64,000 bases of DNA, taken from positions 3,232,001 through 3,296,000 of the forward strand of contig CBDCDC010000002.1 in NCBI GenBank assembly GCA_965215195.1, written 5' to 3'. This document shows, one piece after another, positions 1 to 11,792 of the stretch. The position numbers and the translations under genes are program-made. The notes under the pieces were generated by a model, which searched no databases, was not told the DNA's origin, and was given only the letters and a program-made list of their open reading frames with translations. Position 1 is the stretch's first letter, and each line of letters begins with the position of its first letter. Source of the DNA: Candidatus Latescibacterota bacterium. Its GTDB lineage: Bacteria; Latescibacterota; UBA2968; UBA8231.

Positions 1-13
1 AAATGCTCGCTCA

Positions 14-1675
14 ATGACCTATTTCTTTTTTCGCCAAGCCGTCCTCTTCTCTTTCTCGCTGCTCGTCCTCGCGCTGCATCTAGTGCCCGGCCATGCGCTC
101 CGGCCCCAGCGCTTCCACCAAGCATCCGAGCCTATTCGCGGGCTTTTCGGCACTTCAATAGGCGACGTCGTCTGGAGCGGGCGCTATCTATGGGTCGGCA
201 CCGAGAGTGGAGTGGCGCGCCTCAACCCGGCACAAAGCAGCGGCCTCAAGGCCACGGACTGGGTCACCTTTACCGAGCTCAACGGCCTCGGCCGCGGCGC
301 GATTAGCGCCCTCGCCGCGGTCGGCGATACCGCGTGGGTAGCGACCTTGGTCGATTCGGTCACCGCCGGACAGGGCGTGAAGCAAGCGGGCACCGGGTTG
401 AGTTTTTCCCACGACGGGGGCGGCTCCTGGCACCACATTCCCAACGAGTTCATTTTCGACCCCACCAAGGCCGGTTTTGAGCGCACCCCCGGTACGCCCA
501 TTGACAATGCTTGTTTTGACATTTTCATCGACGGGGAGGCCGTGTACGCGGCCTTTTTCGCTGGCTCCACCGTGCGTTCGCTCAACCAAGGCCGCACTTG
601 GGAACCCGTCTTGCCCGGCGGCGCAGACGAGATCGTCTTCTTCGCCAGCGAAACGGCTGCCGACAGCTTGCTAATTGTGGCCGACAGTCTCGCCCGCGCA
701 AGCGCCGATCCAAGCAACATCGCCGGGTTGCGCGCTGCTGCCGACAGCTTAGCTAGCCAAGCATTTCTGCACCGCACTTTTGCGGTCCTAGCTTACGGGG
801 ATACCGTGTGGATCGGCACTGCGAGTGGGATTGCCTTCACCTTTGATGGAGGCCAGCATTGGCAAAATGCCAAAGTGCGCCTCGGCGAAGAGGGCACTCC
901 CCTTTTAGGTCATCCGGCTGGCAACTGGGTCGTCGCACTCGAACGCCAAGTGCTGCCCGACGGCACTACTGCCATCTGGGCGGGAACCAACACCACCTCG
1001 CCCGACCAAACCCAAGCCATCAGCGTCAGCCGCGACCTCGGCCAGACCTGGAGCCACACTGGGCCGACTTTTGCTTGGGACTTTGCTTTTACCCCTAACT
1101 TTGTTTGGGCCGGCACGGACCAAGGTTTGCTGGCCAGCCCAGACCCAGCCTTGCCGACCGACGCAGAACGCGTCTGGGACGCCATAGAAGTCGTCGATGG
1201 ACAGCCCCTGACCGGCACCTTCGTCGGGCTTGCCGGGGTGGGCGAGGTGCTCTGGGCCGGGGCCGAGCATGGCCTCGGGCGCTCCGAGGACGAGGGGAGC
1301 ACTTGGCGCGTCATCCGCGACCTGATCCGCACGCGTACGCTCGACGAAGGGACCTTCGTCAGCGCCGGAGGCGTACGCGACAGCACGGCCCTCGCGTACG
1401 CAGCCCCCAACCCTTTCGCTCCCTCGCGCGAAGCCACGACCATCGTCTTTAGCCTGTCACAGGACGCAGAGGTCTCTGTGGCGATCTACGACTTTGCCAG
1501 CGGCCTAGTCCGCGATCTCGCGGCGGACGCGCCCTTTGCCGGCGGCCTCGATCACCGCATCCTCTGGGATGGGCTCGACCAAGACGGCCAACTAGTAGCC
1601 AATGGCACGTACTTTTACCGCATTGCTCTAAACACCGGTCAACAGGCCTTTGGCAGAGTAGTGGTGCTCGATTGA
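14..1675 (+). CDS. Secreted BNR/Asp-box beta-propeller protein with C-terminal FlgD-Ig (T9SS CTD-like) domain
   Basis: Signal peptide; repeated SxDxGxTW Asp-box motifs (SHDGGGSW, SLNQGRTW, TFDGGQHW, SRDLGQTW, SEDEGSTW); C-terminal PNPF...IYD..G.LVR.L...WDG.D..G..VANGTYFYRI. Confidence 0.75.
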   Translation: MTYFFFRQAVLFSFSLLVLALHLVPGHALRPQRFHQASEPIRGLFGTSIGDVVWSGRYLWVGTESGVARLNPAQSSGLKATDWVTFTELNGLGRGAISALAAVGDTAWVATLVDSVTAGQGVKQAGTGLSFSHDGGGSWHHIPNEFIFDPTKAGFERTPGTPIDNACFDIFIDGEAVYAAFFAGSTVRSLNQGRTWEPVLPGGADEIVFFASETAADSLLIVADSLARASADPSNIAGLRAAADSLASQAFLHRTFAVLAYGDTVWIGTASGIAFTFDGGQHWQNAKVRLGEEGTPLLGHPAGNWVVALERQVLPDGTTAIWAGTNTTSPDQTQAISVSRDLGQTWSHTGPTFAWDFAFTPNFVWAGTDQGLLASPDPALPTDAERVWDAIEVVDGQPLTGTFVGLAGVGEVLWAGAEHGLGRSEDEGSTWRVIRDLIRTRTLDEGTFVSAGGVRDSTALAYAAPNPFAPSREATTIVFSLSQDAEVSVAIYDFASGLVRDLAADAPFAGGLDHRILWDGLDQDGQLVANGTYFYRIALNTGQQAFGRVVVLD

Positions 1676-2586
1676 AAACGATCTTCGCGCTATTACTCGC
1701 CGCCTCCACCGCGCACGGGGCCGATTTTGCCGCCGCCTTTCTCAGAGCGGGGCTGGGTGCCCGCGGCCTAGGGCTGGGTGCCTTTGTCGCCGCGGCCGAC
1801 GATGCGTCGTCACCCTACTGGAATCCGGCCGGCCTCGCCCGCCTGCGCGGCAAGGCCCTAGAGACCTCCATGCAGTCGCTGTCGCTGGGGCGGCGGCAAG
1901 GCAGTGCGGCTGTTGCGCTCAACGTGCGCGGCGACATGGGCTTTGGCTTTGCTTGGTCGCATGCCGCAGTCGGCGGGATCAAGGGCCGCACGGCTAGTGG
2001 CCAATACACCGGGCCAATCGAGGATCAAGCGAACGCTTTTATCTTTGGCATAGGCCGCTCCCTTGGGCCGCGCCTTGCAGTTGGTTTGGCCGTTAAAGTC
2101 CTCAACCAGAGCATCGACGTTCCCTCAGTTCCCAAGGCCACGGCCAACGGCAGCGGACTCGACTTGGGGGTGCAGTTCCGCGCGGCCGAGCATACTTGGC
2201 TCGGGGCCGGCGTATCCAATCTCGGCACCGACCTCGCTTGGAAGGTGCGCCACGCCGACCAGCGGTCAAGCACCACCGAGAATGCCCTGCCGCGCATCCT
2301 CGTCTTTGGCGCGTCCCAGCGGCTTTTGGATGCCCTGCTGTTGGCCGCCGAGTTCCGCTCCGACCGGGAACAGAGCGTCAACCTCGGGGCCGAGTGGCAG
2401 TTCAATGCGCTGCTCGTGGTGCGCGGCGGCCTGCACCGCCTCGGGGCCGAAGACGGTGGCCAACTCTCGGCCGGGCTGACCTTGCGCCCGATGCACCGCG
2501 AGACCTTGCAACTCCAATACGCTTACTTAACCGATCCCCTCGGCGCTGGGGGCCGCACGACCGTGGGTCTGGCGCTGGCGTTCTGA
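1672..2586 (+). CDS. PorV/PorQ (UPF0164)-family outer-membrane beta-barrel
   Basis: AFLRAGLGARGLGLGAFVAAADDASSPYWNPAGL motif typical of PorV/FadL-like barrels; C-terminal Phe; TTG start overlaps upstream stop. Confidence 0.8.
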   Translation: MKTIFALLLAASTAHGADFAAAFLRAGLGARGLGLGAFVAAADDASSPYWNPAGLARLRGKALETSMQSLSLGRRQGSAAVALNVRGDMGFGFAWSHAAVGGIKGRTASGQYTGPIEDQANAFIFGIGRSLGPRLAVGLAVKVLNQSIDVPSVPKATANGSGLDLGVQFRAAEHTWLGAGVSNLGTDLAWKVRHADQRSSTTENALPRILVFGASQRLLDALLLAAEFRSDREQSVNLGAEWQFNALLVVRGGLHRLGAEDGGQLSAGLTLRPMHRETLQLQYAYLTDPLGAGGRTTVGLALAF

Positions 2587-2589
2587 GAA

Positions 2590-3447
2590 GTGATGGCGCT
2601 CTTATTAATTGCGCTCTTGACTCTGCCCACGGCCCTCGCCGCGACTGGCTTGCCTTCGCTGCGCCAAGGCGGCGGGGCCCGCGCGGCGAGCTTGGCCGGC
2701 GCGGAAACGGCCCTGTTCGCCGCCCAAGCCCTCAACCCGGCGGCCCGGCAAGCGCATGGGCGCAGCGTCGCCTTTAATCACCACGCCTCAATCCAGAATA
2801 TCCGCCAGAACCACCTGCACCTGACGCAGGCCCGCGGCCGCGGCACTTGGGGGCTTTTCGCCCAACTGTGGCAGGCCAACGACCTAGAGCGCCGCACCGG
2901 CCCTTCGGCTGAGCCGCTGGGGCACTTCGGCGTGTACGAGGGAGCGGTTGGCCTGAGCTACGCCCGCCAGATGCAGCAGACGCGCCTCGGCTTGCAGCTA
3001 AAGTTCATTCGCCAGTCCATTTTCACCCAAAACGCCAACGGCCTAGCCGCCGATCTCGGGCTGCTGTGCGATGTCTCAGCTAGCTTGCGTTTGGGAGCCA
3101 CGGTGCGCAACTTGGGCCGCATGAACCGCCTCGACCGACGGGAGACTGACCTGCCCTTAGAAGCTCGTTTAGGTGCCGCTTATGTCGGCCGCACAGACGT
3201 GCTCGTGGCTGTCGAAGCGCAGAAGGCCCGCGGCCACGACCTCGCACTGCATCTGGGCGGCGAGTACCGAGCCGGCGAGCACCTGCGCCTGCGCACCGGC
3301 TACCAGACCACTGAAAACCGCAGCCTCTCGGCCGGGCTGGGCCTCGTGGCCGAGCACTGGGTCATCGACTACGCATACCTGCCCTTTGGCTCGGGTTTGG
3401 GCGACGCGCACTGGCTCAGCCTCCAGCTAGAAAACGCAACCCCTTGA
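2590..3447 (+). CDS. PorV/PorQ-family outer-membrane beta-barrel (second paralogue)
   Basis: GARAASLAGAETA...NPAA N-terminal motif; DLG, LGATVRNLG, LHLGGEY, LRTGY, IDYAYLPFGSGLGDAH motifs. Confidence 0.8.
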   Translation: MMALLLIALLTLPTALAATGLPSLRQGGGARAASLAGAETALFAAQALNPAARQAHGRSVAFNHHASIQNIRQNHLHLTQARGRGTWGLFAQLWQANDLERRTGPSAEPLGHFGVYEGAVGLSYARQMQQTRLGLQLKFIRQSIFTQNANGLAADLGLLCDVSASLRLGATVRNLGRMNRLDRRETDLPLEARLGAAYVGRTDVLVAVEAQKARGHDLALHLGGEYRAGEHLRLRTGYQTTENRSLSAGLGLVAEHWVIDYAYLPFGSGLGDAHWLSLQLENATP

Positions 3448-4409
3448 ACTTCTGGCGCAAAACAGTGTCGCCGGTGGAGCCGCCAACCCCGCCAACCCCG
3501 ACCCCACCCCCGGTCCAGTACACCAACTCCTCGCGCTTATGGGTCCACCTGTTGCTGTTTTTCTGTACCATTGCTTCAACCGCGACCGCTGGTGCCATGC
3601 AGCAAGGGGTTGACCCGCTGACCAGCATCGCAGCCTTGGTCCACCTCGTCGAAGGTGTCCCTTTTGCCGCGACTTTGCTTTTTATTCTCACGGTCCACGA
3701 ATTTGGTCATTATTTTGCTGCGCACCGCTGGGGAGTCCGGGCCTCGCTGCCTTACTTTCTCCCCCTGCCCTATGTTTCCTTTCTCGGCACTTTGGGCGCG
3801 GTCATCAAAATTCGCTCCCCCATCCCCAACAAGCGCGCCCTCCTCGACATTGGCGCGGCCGGCCCCCTAGCGGGTTTTGTCGTGGCCCTTGCGGCCTGCT
3901 TCGCCGGGCTTTCGCGCTCGGCCGTGGTCTCGGCCGATTACTTTCACTCTGCCCCCATCGAGTTGGGGGCACCCTTGCTTTTTTCGGGCATTGCCGCTCT
4001 CGTCTTGCCCGCCATTGGGCCGGACCAAATGGTCCTCTTAGACCCGGTGGCTTTTGCCGGTTGGGTCGGGCTGTTTATTACGGCCTTCAACCTCTTTCCC
4101 ATTGGCCAACTCGACGGCGGCCATATCGCGTACGCGCTCTTTGGGCACCGGCACCGGCAGATCGCCCGCACGACCTATGTCGCCTTGCTGATTTTGGGGC
4201 TTTATGGGGTCCTATCGCTGCTGTGGGAATGGCCCCAAGGGTGGCCGGGGTGGCTTGTGCTGGCCTTTTTTCTCGCGCTTTTTGGCAAGGATCATCCGGC
4301 TCCCCACGACCCCTTCGTCGCGCTGGACCGCGGTCGGCACTTCGTCGGCTACCTGTGCCTGCTGATCTTTGTCGTCTGTTTCGCTCCCGTGCCTTTTGTC
4401 ACCCGCTGA
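3444..4409 (+). CDS. Site-2 protease (peptidase M50) intramembrane metalloprotease
   Basis: HEFGH zinc motif, AGP motif, FNLFPIGQLDGGH motif, multiple TM helices. Confidence 0.9.
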   Translation: MNFWRKTVSPVEPPTPPTPTPPPVQYTNSSRLWVHLLLFFCTIASTATAGAMQQGVDPLTSIAALVHLVEGVPFAATLLFILTVHEFGHYFAAHRWGVRASLPYFLPLPYVSFLGTLGAVIKIRSPIPNKRALLDIGAAGPLAGFVVALAACFAGLSRSAVVSADYFHSAPIELGAPLLFSGIAALVLPAIGPDQMVLLDPVAFAGWVGLFITAFNLFPIGQLDGGHIAYALFGHRHRQIARTTYVALLILGLYGVLSLLWEWPQGWPGWLVLAFFLALFGKDHPAPHDPFVALDRGRHFVGYLCLLIFVVCFAPVPFVTR

Positions 4410-4417
4410 GCTGCGCC

Positions 4418-5167
4418 ATGCTCTCGTCCCTACCATTTCTGCTCGCGGCGCTGTTGGCTGGCTGCACCATAGGCGACAGCGAACAAGTGGATTGCCGCTG
4501 CGCGCCCGACACGAGTATCCAGCTTTTTCCCCATTGCACCGACATCGACAGCGTGGCTGTGCGCCCCGCCCCTAATCCGCTATCGACCCAGATTCCCGAC
4601 TGCCCCAGTGGCCAACAGCTCTCCCTGCGCGGCCGCACACGCCCCGAAGCCGTACTGGCCAATCTCGCTTCTATCTTTCAAGCCAACCCCGAGCTTCGCA
4701 GCCCCCAACAGTACATGGAGCAGTTCACCGCCGACTTTGTCTTTGAACCTGACCCCGAGGATGTGGAGCTATATCCAGAGATATACGACGCCGACCGAGA
4801 TACGCTCTGGGGGGCGGCTGAGGAGCGCAACTTTGCCCGCTTCATTCTCTCGCCGGAGCAGATCCATAGTGCGCACTTTGTGCGCTGGTTCAAATCGTCG
4901 GACGAGCGCATCCCGGACGACGACGAGTTGCGCGAAACCTTCATCTTTCCCTACGAAGCCGAGTTCGTCGAGATAATCAGCGCGGCCGGGGCAGACTCCG
5001 TGGAAATGACATTCAAAACAATCGGCATTAAGGGCCTAGCGGAAATCGAGTTGGTGACGGAAACGGTGGAAAATCCCGTGTGGTCGATCGCGGTTTGGAA
5101 AGACCTGCGCGACAGAGCTTCGGCCAAGTTCTCTTGGGGGGAGCTGCGGGCGCTCTTCTCGCAGTGA
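4418..5167 (+). CDS. Lipoprotein of unknown function (NTF2/SnoaL-like core suspected)
   Basis: Start re-assigned to ATG 4418 (MLSSLPFLLAALLAGC lipobox); acidic body; similar to downstream paralogue; ends FSWGELRALFSQ. Confidence 0.65.
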   Translation: MLSSLPFLLAALLAGCTIGDSEQVDCRCAPDTSIQLFPHCTDIDSVAVRPAPNPLSTQIPDCPSGQQLSLRGRTRPEAVLANLASIFQANPELRSPQQYMEQFTADFVFEPDPEDVELYPEIYDADRDTLWGAAEERNFARFILSPEQIHSAHFVRWFKSSDERIPDDDELRETFIFPYEAEFVEIISAAGADSVEMTFKTIGIKGLAEIELVTETVENPVWSIAVWKDLRDRASAKFSWGELRALFSQ

Positions 5168-5171
5168 CTCT

Positions 5172-5200
5172 TTGATAACTGCCCCTCTGATTTGTATCTT
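5172..5200 (+). promoter_or_regulatory. Putative sigma70 promoter
   Basis: TTGATA-17 bp-TATCTT upstream of GGAGG RBS and the 5242 gene. Confidence 0.45.
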
Positions 5201-5241
5201 CTACATAACTAATTGCACGACACCGACCCGGAGGTACGACT

Positions 5242-5913
5242 GTGAAATCATTCACCTTTTTTATGTTTTGCGGCCTCCTCGCCTTGAGCGCCTGTAGTAG
5301 CTGCAGCAACCCCTTTGCACCCGATACACACACCCCATCACCCCAGCCGCCCGAGCCGCCCGCCCCCGAGGCTACGACCCCCGAGCAACTCATGGACAAT
5401 CTCGCCCGCGCCATGCGCACCCGCGACAAACAACTCTACGAGAGCTTGCTCGACAAGGACTTCTGGTTTACCGAGGACAATTGCCTCGGCGAAGTGGAGT
5501 ACAACAACGGCTTGGAAGAAGAACTGCAGATCATGGCCGGCAGCCGCGATGGTTCGCAGCTAGGTATTTTTGACATATATCGCGATTTTGACTTCGACTT
5601 TGAGCTTATTCACCGCGACCAAGAACTCGGCTCCGAATACCCAGAATCCTATCCCGGAGATCCCGATGGCCACCCAGACGAAGACTGGGAGGTCTTTCGT
5701 GGCCGGGTCCAGATGCTCTTGCTCGACGAGAATGGCGATGGCTACCGCGTAGATCAGATTATGACCTACAAGCTCCGCCTCGATCCAGAAGACGGCCTGT
5801 GGAAAATCGTCCGCTGGCTCAACTCTGGCTTGTCAAGCGACTGCGGCGGGGCCGGCAAGCGCTTGGCAAACGCCTTTAGCTGGGCAGCACTAAAGCAACA
5901 AATCGCGCCCTGA
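5242..5913 (+). CDS. Lipoprotein of unknown function, paralogue of 4418..5167
   Basis: GGAGG RBS, LSAC lipobox, Pro-rich linker, TPEQLMDNL..YESLLDKDFWF, WKIVRW, ends FSWAALKQQIAP. Confidence 0.7.
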   Translation: MKSFTFFMFCGLLALSACSSCSNPFAPDTHTPSPQPPEPPAPEATTPEQLMDNLARAMRTRDKQLYESLLDKDFWFTEDNCLGEVEYNNGLEEELQIMAGSRDGSQLGIFDIYRDFDFDFELIHRDQELGSEYPESYPGDPDGHPDEDWEVFRGRVQMLLLDENGDGYRVDQIMTYKLRLDPEDGLWKIVRWLNSGLSSDCGGAGKRLANAFSWAALKQQIAP

Positions 5914-5917
5914 GCCA

Positions 5918-8166
<2,249 letters not shown>

Positions 8167-8178
8167 AGGGAAAACAAT

Positions 8179-8212
8179 AAGCCCCGCCCGACAGTACTGT
8201 CAGGCGGGGCTT
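8179..8212. terminator. Hairpin terminator between convergent tgt and HEAT-repeat gene
   Basis: AAGCCCCGCC-CGACAG-TA-CTGTCA-GGCGGGGCTT inverted repeat. Confidence 0.7.
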
Positions 8213-8235
8213 GTGGCTAGATGGTCCGCTAAGGC

Positions 8236-8805
8236 TCAGATGGCCCGATCGCAGGGCGCACAAACTAAGGCAAACCGCCGCGCACCGCCCACGCCGACTT
8301 CGGTCGCAAAATCCCTCTTGACCGGCACGGACCGCTCGCCGCAGAAATCGCACTTGCCGCGCTCTGCGTACTCGGGAATTGCCGCTACTTCGAACTCGAC
8401 CTGTTTGCGCTTTTCGCGCCCTTGGGAAAATAGCTGCGCAAAATTGAGCACTTGCTTGTCGGTCTCGCGCTCCAAGGTCCGCTCTATGATCTCGTCAAGT
8501 GCCGGGTCGTCGGGCTTGCCGCCGTCTTCGAGCGTATGCCAAGCGGCGCGGCGCACCCGCGCATCTTGGTCTTCGAGCATCCGATAGAGCGCCTTCCAGA
8601 CCTCGCCTATGCTCCGCCGCACGTGGCAGGGGCATAAAAAGGACGCGGCCTGTAAGCGATCTTCTGGATCGGCGCTATGCGACATTTGCAACAGCTCCTG
8701 AATCTCCTCGCGCCCCACGCGTTGCTCGCCTAAGCGGAAAGCCGCCCGCTGATACTTGTTCAGTCCCTTGGGCCGCGACTTGTGTCCTTTTCTGCTCATG
8801 TCCAC
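8236..8805 (-). CDS. HEAT-repeat protein with C-terminal CxxC..CxxC zinc ribbon
   Basis: DPEDRLQAA and LEDQDARVRRAAWHTL HEAT-like repeats; CPCH; CDFC...CAPC. Confidence 0.7.
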   Translation of the reverse strand: MDMSRKGHKSRPKGLNKYQRAAFRLGEQRVGREEIQELLQMSHSADPEDRLQAASFLCPCHVRRSIGEVWKALYRMLEDQDARVRRAAWHTLEDGGKPDDPALDEIIERTLERETDKQVLNFAQLFSQGREKRKQVEFEVAAIPEYAERGKCDFCGERSVPVKRDFATEVGVGGARRFALVCAPCDRAI

Positions 8806-8963
8806 TTCTCCTGTCTCGCGCTTATCGTTTTCATCTTAAAAGTAAAGGTGCTGCAATGTCAAAGGAGGAGTGGTCGCGGCATACCATCTATGCCGGTATT
8901 ACTCAGCGCGGGGATTTTTATTAGATTTTCTAGAGCGTTTAATCTACCGAAAGGAATTTGCCC

Positions 8964-9311
8964 GTGTTCGATCTCATTTCCACGGCCTACGCCCAGTGCG
9001 GCACACCCTCCGACGGCAGCGGACAGCCCAATGCCATCGCCTCGTTCCTGCCCTTTGTGTTGATGTTTCTGGTTCTCTACCTCTTGATATTGAGGCCCCA
9101 GATGAAGAAGCAGAAGAACCAACAGCGGATGATCGACGAACTCGAAAAAAACGATGCGATCGTCACCAGCGGCGGGATCCACGGCACCATCCTCAACATC
9201 AAAGACGATATCCTCGTGGTCAAAATCGCCGACAACGTCAAGATCGAGATCTCGCGGGCGGCCGTTTCGCGGGTAAAAAACAAAGAAGACGCCGACGGCA
9301 AGAGGAAGTAG
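8964..9311 (+). CDS. yajC: Preprotein translocase subunit YajC
   Basis: YLLILRPQMKKQK...LEKND.IVTSGGIHG motif; AAGGA RBS 8 nt before GTG 8964 (alternative TTG 8958). Confidence 0.93.
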   Translation: MFDLISTAYAQCGTPSDGSGQPNAIASFLPFVLMFLVLYLLILRPQMKKQKNQQRMIDELEKNDAIVTSGGIHGTILNIKDDILVVKIADNVKIEISRAAVSRVKNKEDADGKRK

Positions 9312-10234
9312 TGAGGCTCGCGTTTATGGGAACCCCGCGCTTTGCGGTTCCCTCATTAAAAGCCCTCGTCCAGAGCCGCCACCCGATCATCGCCGTCGTC
9401 ACCAATCCCGACCGACCCCAAGGGCGGGGCCGCCAGCTTGCAAGTCCGCCGGTCAAAGACCAAGCCCTAAAGCTCGGATTAGAGGTACTGCAACCGGCCG
9501 CGGTCAACGATCCCGCGCTAGCCGCGGCACTGGCTGGGCACGCGCCCGATCTCTTTGTCGTCGTCGCCTTTTCAATCCTGCCCCGGCACCTACTCGCCAT
9601 TCCCCGCCTCGGCTCAATCAACCTGCATCCCTCGCTCTTGCCCGCTTATCGCGGCGCGGCCCCCATTATCTGGGCGGTGGCCAACGGCGAGCAGGAGACG
9701 GGCATCACCACCTTCCAACTCAGCCCGCGCATTGACGCGGGTCACATCCTGCTCCAGCACCGCTTTGCCATCGGCTGTGACGAGACGGCCGGCGAGCTGG
9801 AGGCCCGATTGTGCGTGGAGGGTGCCAAGATGGTCGTGGAGACCGTCGATGGGCTGGAAGACGGCCGCCTCACCGGACGGCCCCAAGGTGCGGACGGCGT
9901 CAGTCGCGCCCCTAAGCTGACCAAAGAGGACGGCCAGATTGACTGGCACCAACCAGCCGAGCGGGTCCGCAACCTCGTCCGCGGCATGAATCCCGCGCCT
10001 GGTGCCTATACCCACTGGCAGGGCAAAACGGTCAAAGTACACCGGACTCAGCACGCTGCGGGCGGCGGCGCACCCGGCACCGTACTCTGCGCTGACGGTC
10101 GTCGAGGCTTAAGCGTGGCCTGCGGCGAGGGTGCCCTGCAACTGACCCAAGTGCAACCGGCGGGCAAAGCCGCCATGGAGGGAACGGCCTTTGTGCGGGG
10201 CTACCCGATTGCAGTTGGTATGCGGCTGGGCTAG
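9311..10234 (+). CDS. fmt: Methionyl-tRNA formyltransferase
   Basis: FMGTPRFA, PDRPQGRG, INLHPSLLPAYRGAAPI, DAGHIL; start re-assigned to GTG 9311. Confidence 0.96.
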   Translation: MRLAFMGTPRFAVPSLKALVQSRHPIIAVVTNPDRPQGRGRQLASPPVKDQALKLGLEVLQPAAVNDPALAAALAGHAPDLFVVVAFSILPRHLLAIPRLGSINLHPSLLPAYRGAAPIIWAVANGEQETGITTFQLSPRIDAGHILLQHRFAIGCDETAGELEARLCVEGAKMVVETVDGLEDGRLTGRPQGADGVSRAPKLTKEDGQIDWHQPAERVRNLVRGMNPAPGAYTHWQGKTVKVHRTQHAAGGGAPGTVLCADGRRGLSVACGEGALQLTQVQPAGKAAMEGTAFVRGYPIAVGMRLG

Positions 10235-10682
10235 CCTGCTCCTCGCCCTGCTCGCAGGGCGACCGGCCTGCGCCACAGAGGTAGAGACCGATTCGACTCG
10301 CACCGCCACCCTGCCTTCGGCGCATGGTGCGCTCCTGCGCTCGGCCGTGCTGCCCGGCTGGGGACAGTTCTACAATGGCCGCCCTGTCAAGGGGCTGTTC
10401 TTCGGCGCGGCAAGCGCGACCGCCCTCACCGCGGTCTTGGTCGAGCATGGCCGCATCCGTTCCGCGCCCACGCCCGAGGAACACCAAGACCGCACCGCCC
10501 GCCGCAACAGTCGCCTGCTCTATTTCGCGCTCTCGGTCGCCTTGGCCGCGACCGACGCCTATGTCGATGCCCACCTCGCGGACTTTGGGGCTGTGCCGTC
10601 CGGCCTCAGCATTGGGGCCGCGCTGCAAGTAGGGATGCGGCGCAACAACGCGTGGCTTCGGCTGAAAGCAACCTTGCCTTAG
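10191..10682 (+). CDS. DUF5683-like membrane protein
   Basis: ALLRSAVLPGWGQFYN and DAYVDAHL motifs; start uncertain. Confidence 0.7.
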   Translation: MCGATRLQLVCGWASLLLALLAGRPACATEVETDSTRTATLPSAHGALLRSAVLPGWGQFYNGRPVKGLFFGAASATALTAVLVEHGRIRSAPTPEEHQDRTARRNSRLLYFALSVALAATDAYVDAHLADFGAVPSGLSIGAALQVGMRRNNAWLRLKATLP

Positions 10683-11098
10683 ATACCTTGCTCAATCCGC
10701 TCAACGCGGCGTCTCAGCAGCTTGATCCGGTCGAATGCAAACGGCATACACTGCCGCGAGTGGTAGGGGGTTGGGATGCGGCGACAGCGCTCCAAGCGCA
10801 CGAGTTCGCGCTCGATCTCGACGGAGAGCCGGTCGGAGAAAAACAACGCCAGCGGGTGGGCGTTGAGCAGGGTGCCGAGCCGCGCGGTGCGGCCGTGGGC
10901 CAGCATCTGTACTCGGAAAGCGAGCTGCCGCAGACCGCGTAAGACGACTAGCCGCCCCAAGATCACATAGGCCGCATAGGCTAGGCAGATTGGGAAGACC
11001 CCGCAGGCCACATATAGGAAGTAGTGGAACATGTCGCGCCTAAATATGTAGTGCGCGGCCCGATGGCTCAAGCTCATTTTCCAACTCACGTTACGCAC
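10679..11098 (-). CDS. Hypothetical membrane protein
   Basis: ORF fills the gap between genes and has one TM helix; true start may be ATG 11032. Confidence 0.45.
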   Translation of the reverse strand: MRNVSWKMSLSHRAAHYIFRRDMFHYFLYVACGVFPICLAYAAYVILGRLVVLRGLRQLAFRVQMLAHGRTARLGTLLNAHPLALFFSDRLSVEIERELVRLERCRRIPTPYHSRQCMPFAFDRIKLLRRRVERIEQGI

Positions 11099-11188
11099 AA
11101 CTAAGAAGCTGTTGAGTTAAAACGAAACGGTAATATCAGGCGATTTGAAGCAAGCGGTAAAACAAAGACTTCCGATTTGAGGTGCGCC

Positions 11189-11740
11189 ATGAAAATTTGC
11201 CATTATACCTTGTTCCTCCTCGCCGCGTTCCTAGCTTCCTGTGGCACGGACTCAACCCAAAGCCCCAGCGCGAATCCGCCGGCGCTCTCAGCCCAGCTCA
11301 ACGGCCGCTACGCGCAAAGCATTCGCATTGAAGACGGCCAATTCACAGCTACCGGCCCCGGTCAAGAGGTCGTCCTCACCTTTGCGGCCCAAGGCATGAT
11401 AAACGTCAAACAGTTTGAGTTGCGCCTAGCGATCGAGCCGGCCAATGCCTTGGCTTTTGCAGGCTCTTCCTTCGCCGCGACCGAGCCTTTCCTCACGCCT
11501 CCCTTCAGCATTGAGCTGACGGAAGAAGGGCTGTGGCACACCGGCGGCGCGAGCATCACCCAAGCCAAAAAGGGCGACGATACCCTAGGGACGCTCACGC
11601 TGAGAACTGGCGACGACTTCGCCGCGGGAATGCAAGTGCAAGTGCGCGTGGCCTTCTTTTCGCTGGGACCCAGTTCCTTCGACCGCGACTCCTACGCGGC
11701 CGCCGACCTCAACATGGGCGTGGTGATTAACGGCGGATGA
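11189..11740 (+). CDS. Lipoprotein of unknown function (cohesin/Ig-like beta sandwich suspected)
   Basis: GAGGTG RBS, MKICHYTLFLLAAFLASC lipobox, beta-rich body. Confidence 0.65.
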   Translation: MKICHYTLFLLAAFLASCGTDSTQSPSANPPALSAQLNGRYAQSIRIEDGQFTATGPGQEVVLTFAAQGMINVKQFELRLAIEPANALAFAGSSFAATEPFLTPPFSIELTEEGLWHTGGASITQAKKGDDTLGTLTLRTGDDFAAGMQVQVRVAFFSLGPSSFDRDSYAAADLNMGVVINGG

Positions 11741-11750
11741 ACTCAACTCC

Positions 11751-11780
11751 TTGACGATGTAGAGGGGGATTGCTTATCTT
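11751..11780 (+). promoter_or_regulatory. Putative sigma70 promoter for tRNA-Ala
   Basis: TTGACG-18 bp-TATCTT just upstream of the tRNA. Confidence 0.5.
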
Positions 11781-11792
11781 TTTTGCTCTTGT

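Noticed and set aside
8870-9310. N-terminal extension of fmt (similarly tgt from 6880, surA from 15977, dgcA from 37799)
   Set aside because: Extensions overlap real upstream genes; homology begins at the later starts
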